Of a DNA stretch of 64,000 nt, positions 58,668-64,000 are shown piece after piece. The stretch's first letter is position 1; each line of letters begins with the position of its first letter. Both the position numbers and the translations under genes were made by a program. The notes under the pieces are model-generated. The model had not been told where the DNA came from and did no database searches. It worked only from the letters and a program-made list of their open reading frames with translations. Where the stretch lies: positions 64,001 to 128,000 of the forward strand of contig CAVSHB010000002.1 of NCBI GenBank assembly GCA_963727775.1. Direction: 5' to 3'. Source of the DNA: an uncultured Nitrospiraceae bacterium (GTDB lineage Bacteria; Nitrospirota; Thermodesulfovibrionia; Thermodesulfovibrionales; SM23-35).

Positions 58668-59849
58668 ATGAATAAGAGTAAAGCCATATTGAACAGTGCC
58701 ATAGTTCTTTATTTCATCATCTGTCTTGAAATCCTGATAATGATCAGCCCATTTGCGGGTTTCTTTTATTCCGTGTTTAACCCCTTCCTTCTTGAGACGG
58801 CAAAGTATCCCGCCACAAGATGGTTAAGTTCCTTTTTCCTTCCCCATATGGTAGTCCCCCCTGATGATTTCCTGAAATCAATACGAATATTAGGGTCAGT
58901 TCTGTTTGTGGGGGGAATTGTTGTTTTTCTCATCTGTGCTATTCAGGTATATACCAATAAATTTTTCAGAAAAGGTGCCGTTTCAAAAGGACTGTACACA
59001 TTCATAAGACATCCTCAGTATTTGGGTCTTGGTATCACTGGTATTGGTTTATCCATCCTCTGGCCCAGATTCTTAGTTGCCATCCTCTGGCTTGTGATGA
59101 TACTTATCTATTATTTTCTATCGAAAGATGAGGAAAGAAGAATGCTAAGGGAACATTCCGCCACCTACAGGGAATATATGGAAAGAACAGGCATGTTTCT
59201 GCCTAAGAAAATTGAGGATTCTGTTTCCCTTTCAACCATTCTTGGCAAGATAGCTCTTTTTGTTCTTATTGCTGCCGTCACTATTGGGGGTGCTTTCTTC
59301 CTTAGAGATTATACCGTCACGCATCTTCCTCTTTGGACTGATACCAATGTGGTTGCCCTTGCGATTCTTCCAGATGATATGGAAAAGATGGAACACAGAA
59401 TGGGAGATATTCTTAACATGGAGGAAGTGAAAACACGTCTGAAATACGATGGACACTACCTTGTTTATTTCCTGCCTCCGAATTACATCATGCAGGGTCT
59501 AATAGCGGATACTGGAGGGGAGTGGAAGCTTTATAAACACGAACATACTATCGGAATGTTTGCCGATTGGATAATTCATCCCTTCAGTCATTTAAAGGAA
59601 GGGCATCATACGATGCATGGGTCAGAGGGTCATGCCGAGCACAGCATGACCACGGGAGTTGAAAGAAGACTAGTATTTCTGAAAGTGGATAATGTGACGG
59701 TTAGTAAGCCTTTCGATGTATTTTCTATCAATGCAATGAGGATACCACAGTTTATGATAGATATGGATATCCATAATTTAAGTATTCACAATCTTAAAGA
59801 ACTGTCCAAGGATACGGGCTGGGGTAAAGTACCAACCCCGATTTTTTGA
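58668..59849 (+). CDS. PEMT/ICMT-family membrane methyltransferase with His-rich C-terminal domain
   Basis: GLYTFIRHPQY, EERRM, YREYMERTGMFLP; HLKEGHHTMHGSEGHAEH. Confidence 0.82.
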   Translation: MNKSKAILNSAIVLYFIICLEILIMISPFAGFFYSVFNPFLLETAKYPATRWLSSFFLPHMVVPPDDFLKSIRILGSVLFVGGIVVFLICAIQVYTNKFFRKGAVSKGLYTFIRHPQYLGLGITGIGLSILWPRFLVAILWLVMILIYYFLSKDEERRMLREHSATYREYMERTGMFLPKKIEDSVSLSTILGKIALFVLIAAVTIGGAFFLRDYTVTHLPLWTDTNVVALAILPDDMEKMEHRMGDILNMEEVKTRLKYDGHYLVYFLPPNYIMQGLIADTGGEWKLYKHEHTIGMFADWIIHPFSHLKEGHHTMHGSEGHAEHSMTTGVERRLVFLKVDNVTVSKPFDVFSINAMRIPQFMIDMDIHNLSIHNLKELSKDTGWGKVPTPIF

Positions 59850-60014
59850 TGCCTTGATGAAAAAAGCGAACATGGTTTGAAAAAAAGATTATCTTAATGC
59901 CCCCTTATCAACTGAATTAACCTTTTAAGAATACGCCTGAGTTTTCCTTTTTCTTTACTCTCATATAGGGAGGGATAGAAGGTAAGCCAGCCTCTTATGC
60001 TTGATAATGCCCAT

Positions 60015-60076
60015 TAAATATTATATCAGTTTGGGCGGTATTCAAAGGTCTTCAAAAAGTCTTTCCTGTCAGGTGA
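60015..60076. repeat. Repeat C copy 1 (promoter-like)
   Basis: ~60-bp direct repeat with 62216-62276. Confidence 0.8.
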
Positions 60077-60150
60077 GAAAACAGTACTAAAAAAGAGGTG
60101 GTGCAATAATGGCAGCATCCCATAGCCCTTCACTCCCTCAGACAATAGGA

Positions 60151-60208
60151 AGTCTCGGTTATCCTGGGGAACATGTTAATTGGGGAGGTTGGGGTTCCTC
60201 ACGGGTAT
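60151..60208. repeat. Repeat B copy 2
   Basis: Homologous to 47799-47855; forms a hairpin with a ~21-nt loop. Confidence 0.8.
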
Positions 60209-60233
60209 AATAAAGGTGATTCCAAGAAAGAAG

Positions 60234-60614
60234 TTACTGAGAAGTTTTACCTAACCCCTCGGCATTTTTTTCTTCCGCCTTCTTATCCGCAATATTTTCA
60301 GGTGGAGCATTTACGGAAGGTTCCGTAACGGATAAATCCACAGCATCTTTGAAGTCGGTCTTTACCTGTTCCTTGATGTCCTCTAATGATTTCTTTAATT
60401 CAGCCCCTCCCTCCAGTGCTTCTTTAATACCCGATGTATCCTTAATCTCATTGAGTCCAGTCTGAACTTCTACCTTCACTTCATCAAATGATTTTTTCAG
60501 GCTACCGAGTCCCTTACCGATTGCTCTTGCAACCTCTGGAAGTTTCTTTGGGCCAACAACAATGAGGGCAACAGCAAAGATTACAACTAATTCTCCTATG
60601 CCGAAATCAAACAT
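60234..60614 (-). CDS. tatB: Twin-arginine translocase TatB-like subunit
   Basis: MFDFGIGELVVIFAVALIVVGPKKLPEVAR. Confidence 0.85.
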   Translation of the reverse strand: MFDFGIGELVVIFAVALIVVGPKKLPEVARAIGKGLGSLKKSFDEVKVEVQTGLNEIKDTSGIKEALEGGAELKKSLEDIKEQVKTDFKDAVDLSVTEPSVNAPPENIADKKAEEKNAEGLGKTSQ

Positions 60615-60665
60615 TTTTTTATCTCACTTGTTTTCAATTTTAATATCTAACTTTACAATCGATTT

Positions 60666-60869
60666 TTATTTATCTTCTTTTTCCTCTGTCCCTTCTTTCT
60701 TGGAACTATCCTTCTTTGGTTCTACGTCTATTGCATCTGCTTCAGCTATACCTTTTTTGAAATTCCTGATTGCCTGTCCTATGCCACTTCCAAGTTGAGG
60801 AAGTTTAGTGGCACCAAATAAGACAACAACTATTATCCCGATAAGGAGTATGTCCTGGGTTCCAAACAT
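60666..60869 (-). CDS. tatA: Twin-arginine translocase TatA/E subunit
   Basis: VVLFGATKLPQLGSGIGQAIRNFKK. Confidence 0.9.
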   Translation of the reverse strand: MFGTQDILLIGIIVVVLFGATKLPQLGSGIGQAIRNFKKGIAEADAIDVEPKKDSSKKEGTEEKEDK

Positions 60870-60949
60870 TTTATGTTTCACCTCATTCCTTTATGAGTCT
60901 ATTTTTATTATAGACTATTAAAGAATTTGGGAATGACGTCATTTTAAAG

Positions 60950-61119
60950 AGGAGGGTCGGCAGCCAGTGTATAGGGGGACTGACTGCCGAGTAAGGGACC
61001 TTCTTTTTTGAGTAGCATAATAAATGCTAAGAAAGAAGTTGTTGTTTTTCTTAATTTTTTGGTGTTCAACGAGATAAGGATGCAGGGCAAATTGTCTTGA
61101 GGGGAGTAATTGTGCCTAT
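60950..61119 (-). repeat. Repeat A copy 2 (sigma54 box degenerate: TAGCAT-N5-ATGCT)
   Basis: Homologous to 48433-48606; the stem is kept through a U-G pair on the minus strand. Confidence 0.85.
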
Positions 61120-61162
61120 TCCGCCGTCAACCGTAATCTGAAATTCATACTGATAGGCAAGG

Positions 61163-61519
61163 TCAATATTTCTTAAATAAGGTTGCGACACCGTTGTCAA
61201 AATAATAATATCCATATAGTTCTGATATCATCAGCATAGTTATTAATCCCAGTGCTGTTAATATTATTCCGACAAAGAAGATTTTCTTTTCAATCCCTGT
61301 ATATCCACGAATAACTTCTATGGGACTAAGAACTATAACTTTTCTTTTCCTGATGTGATACAGAATGGATGCCAAGACTAATAAAATTACACCTACCAGA
61401 AAAATAACAAAGGAAGGAATCAGGTGGGGATTAATGTATAACCATTGGAGCACTTTATCTGCCTTTCGGAAAACCTCACCGTGAAAATAGGTGTCATTTG
61501 AACAAGGCTTCCATATCAT
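61163..61519 (-). CDS. Hypothetical membrane protein (start uncertain)
   Basis: Two TM segments. Confidence 0.5.
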   Translation of the reverse strand: MIWKPCSNDTYFHGEVFRKADKVLQWLYINPHLIPSFVIFLVGVILLVLASILYHIRKRKVIVLSPIEVIRGYTGIEKKIFFVGIILTALGLITMLMISELYGYYYFDNGVATLFKKY

Positions 61520-62159
61520 CCACTAGGTCGAGTATGCGATTCCCGTCTTTTTTTATTTTTGAGCGTGAGGATTCTTTTTTCAAGTTGGAAATTACTTGAT
61601 CCATCTGCAATATAATTCCCCCACCTTTATGCTTCTGGATAGTCGGCTTAAGCGTATTCCAAACATCTTGCAGTTGGATAATGGGTTTATTCAGTGCATC
61701 GGAACTATTTGATATGTGAGATAACAAAACAATTTCCCTCCCCAAATAATCTATTCGGCTTATATCCAGAGGAGTTGTCTGAGGGTAACAGTCCTGTAAA
61801 TCAATTAATAATGCAGTGATTTGATTTGCGTTTAAGGCAGCCCGTATAGGCTCATTTCTTTCTTTTGCTAATGCTCTTAATCGGGAAATGAGATACCTGA
61901 ATCTATTCACCGTGGATAAGGACAGTCCCTTATCCAGCATTTCATCTTCAACTTTTGTCTCATTTCGAACAATAACGTCTATAGCAGACTGAGCCTCTGT
62001 CCACTCTTTCTTCAAAAGAAAGTCAATTACATTTTCTGCTTTCTCCGCAACAAGCTGCACTTCTTTGGGCATCGATTGTTGAGAGGCTTGTGCAGCAGAG
62101 CCGAATAAAAATAAGAACATCGCTAATGCAATTCCTAAATATGTCTTAATTTTTTTCAT
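61494..62159 (-). CDS. Secreted helical hypothetical protein
   Basis: Signal peptide MKK...AAQA; helical body ending LDLVDDMEALF. Confidence 0.7.
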   Translation of the reverse strand: MKKIKTYLGIALAMFLFLFGSAAQASQQSMPKEVQLVAEKAENVIDFLLKKEWTEAQSAIDVIVRNETKVEDEMLDKGLSLSTVNRFRYLISRLRALAKERNEPIRAALNANQITALLIDLQDCYPQTTPLDISRIDYLGREIVLLSHISNSSDALNKPIIQLQDVWNTLKPTIQKHKGGGIILQMDQVISNLKKESSRSKIKKDGNRILDLVDDMEALFK

Positions 62160-62215
62160 GCTTCACTTGAAATTTACCACTTTTCAAACAGCAGTTCAAT
62201 AACAATGAGGAGTGG

Positions 62216-62276
62216 TAAATATTATATCAATTTGGACGACATTCAAAGGTCTTCAAGATGCTTTTCTATCAGGTGA
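62216..62276. repeat. Repeat C copy 2, upstream of the 62159 gene
   Basis: Minus strand has extended -10 TGATATAAT and tandem TTGAA 10 bp apart. Confidence 0.8.
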
Positions 62277-62485
62277 CTGATGGGTAGGTCATGAATTCTC
62301 CTGATGTAGTCGGCTTAATTCTGACACAGTTTCAAGTGGGATTGTGGAGAAAGGGATAGATTACCCTTTGTCGGGGTCTCAAAAAGGTTGAAAGTGGGAT
62401 TTGGTCAACGCTATGAGGCTAATAAGAGTATGGCTGAGTTTCCAACTCTTTGTCGGCACAAAGGGGGGTAAATAAATGAGAGTTT

Positions 62486-64000
62486 TTAACAGGGGAATTT
62501 CAAATGGCTGAAGTCAATACCGTAATCTAATTTCTTGATTAGTTCCAACTTCAGTTGTAATACGTAGTCCTTCCCATACCTGTCGAGTGTTATTGATTCA
62601 TTTGTATGACCAACTGTTTCTTTCAATACACTATCTAACGCAACGGCTTTTTCTTTGACGATTTCCTGTTTCAATTGATTTATAAAATTATGTCGCAAGC
62701 TATTAAATGATTTCTTAGGATGGTCTGTAATGTATTTTGCTTCATAGTCGTTATACCATCGGGAAAAATCGTGTCCATAGCCGTCTCGTCTTCTCTTTAA
62801 ATTGCTCCAAAGGCGTTCATGCTTCACTGACTTGACATAATCTATAAAGCCTAATTTCAGCAACTCAGGAGAAATAGGCACCAATCTCTTGCTTGACACA
62901 GTCTTAAGAACTTTATCCTCTTCATCGTTAATATCGAAATACGGTATCCCGAAATCTTCCTTAATATCCGACTTGTAAAGTTGAGATATTTCACCGAGAC
63001 GGCAGCCACTATATAAACCTATTAAAGGAATCCAAAATCTCTCAGGACGCTCTTGATTAACTTTGACAAAAGCAGGGGAAGTAATTAACTTCCTAATATC
63101 ATCTTTTGAATAAGGGTCTTTTTCCTCACTTGCTTTTGTCTTCTTCTTTATTGCAATTTTTAACTTGTAAGCAGGATTGAAATCTATATACCCACGTCCT
63201 ACAGCATATTCAAAGATTGCATTTATCCTGATAAGATTCTTATTTGCTGTCTTTATGCTTAATATTCTGCAAGGTGGTAGGTCATCATTTTTAATCAGAT
63301 TAATTACTTCCTCTAACGGAAGGTCTCTAAGGACTTTGTGTTTGTTCACATTAGCAGGGAACTTGATTAATAACCCCCGATAGTCTAACAATTCGGGTCT
63401 ATCGTATTCCTTAATGTCCTTGTCTCCGATTATTTCAACAAATTGTTTGTAGAAGTTCTGTGTTTCTTCTGCATTTTTGGCGTTCCAATCCTTACCGTCA
63501 ATTTTTTCTTTGCAATATTGAGCGATTACCTTAGACAGTAGTTTCCCCTTCTTGTCAGAAACTTGTATCGGGTTTCTTTCGGGTGGAGTGACAGATAAGG
63601 ATTTATCATACTCTGTATCAAAATTGCCTTTTATTCTTTCAATCTCAATATTATAGACCTGTATCAAAGCCTTCGTAAATTCTCTGCAAAGTTTTCTGTA
63701 ATCATTTGAATTTTTTTCAAGGGTTATGGATTCTTCTGCCAATAACTCATCAACGTCACGCTCTACCCAATGCGTTTGGGCTAATGGCAGACTGTTTTTG
63801 AAGATATCAATCATTGTCTGATATTGCCCTATGCGGTTATCACGGGTTTCTAAGGTAGGATACAATTTGGCTCTTATGGTTAAATCCTCAAAACTGTTTA
63901 ACATATTGTCCAAAAATTTACGGGCAAGAAGTCTCATTTGCTCTTTGTTCAAGATATCGCTCCTAATTAGGTTCACAATCCTATAAAAATTATCGGTTAA
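62486..64000 (-). CDS. Tyrosine recombinase/integrase (5'-partial; frame open to the window end)
   Basis: YSGCRLGEI (R), LKT.SSKR (K), FNSLRH, VGH, DRYG (Y). Confidence 0.92.
   Translation of the reverse strand, partial: LTDNFYRIVNLIRSDILNKEQMRLLARKFLDNMLNSFEDLTIRAKLYPTLETRDNRIGQYQTMIDIFKNSLPLAQTHWVERDVDELLAEESITLEKNSNDYRKLCREFTKALIQVYNIEIERIKGNFDTEYDKSLSVTPPERNPIQVSDKKGKLLSKVIAQYCKEKIDGKDWNAKNAEETQNFYKQFVEIIGDKDIKEYDRPELLDYRGLLIKFPANVNKHKVLRDLPLEEVINLIKNDDLPPCRILSIKTANKNLIRINAIFEYAVGRGYIDFNPAYKLKIAIKKKTKASEEKDPYSKDDIRKLITSPAFVKVNQERPERFWIPLIGLYSGCRLGEISQLYKSDIKEDFGIPYFDINDEEDKVLKTVSSKRLVPISPELLKLGFIDYVKSVKHERLWSNLKRRRDGYGHDFSRWYNDYEAKYITDHPKKSFNSLRHNFINQLKQEIVKEKAVALDSVLKETVGHTNESITLDRYGKDYVLQLKLELIKKLDYGIDFSHLKFPC

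Larger units (their letters stand above)
53182..64000. mobile_element. Probable tRNA-integrated genomic island; right end lies beyond the window
   Basis: att site, arm-like repeats, integrase remnant, IS elements, TA genes and a tyrosine integrase at the far end. Confidence 0.6.

Noticed and set aside
125..63383. Numerous antisense and alternate-frame ORFs (for example 2021-2845, 2784-3374, 4864-5436, 14318-14878)
   Set aside because: They are shadows of well-supported genes on the opposite strand with no motifs of their own.
1..64000. CRISPR array, cas genes or rRNA
   Set aside because: No regularly spaced repeat-spacer array, cas-like ORF or rRNA signature seen.

Overview
Bacterial chromosomal window. 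Gene content and order suggest an anaerobic Nitrospirota/Thermodesulfovibrionia-like or deltaproteobacterial genome (inference only). About 1-33.5 kb is mostly housekeeping: hisC-aroF-tyrA-aroA-cmk-ispH-rpsA-sppA-ihfB, cobA/hemD, an envelope-modification cluster (PAP2-ArnT fusion, GT2, flippase-like), sixA, beta-CASP hydrolase, rmuC, queC, plsY-pgsA-kdsC, a sigma54 two-component locus, a Lon-like protease, a radical SAM enzyme and a HAD hydrolase. About 33.5-64 kb is accessory: an orphan GHKL-ATPase-like protein, TPR-GT9, a ClpP-like protein, DUF1566, SRAP, HU, a cold-shock protein and a dense toxin-antitoxin cluster. A probable tRNA-targeted island starts at a 22-bp tRNA 3'-end att site (53182-53203). 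It holds higBA with higB split by an IS1634 (6-bp TSD), an IS3 that truncates a DNA methyltransferase, tsaA, extra tatA/tatB and a tyrosine integrase running off the window. The most unusual signals are non-coding. (1) A two-part module occurs twice, bracketing unrelated cargo genes: a ~170-bp sigma54 promoter plus C-rich-loop hairpin, and a ~57-bp downstream motif. (2) A ~110-bp multi-hairpin palindromic element occurs twice, with its core apparently inverted relative to its flanks. (3) An unannotated 32-aa C3H zinc-finger microprotein is present. No rRNA, intact tRNA, CRISPR array or reverse transcriptase was found.
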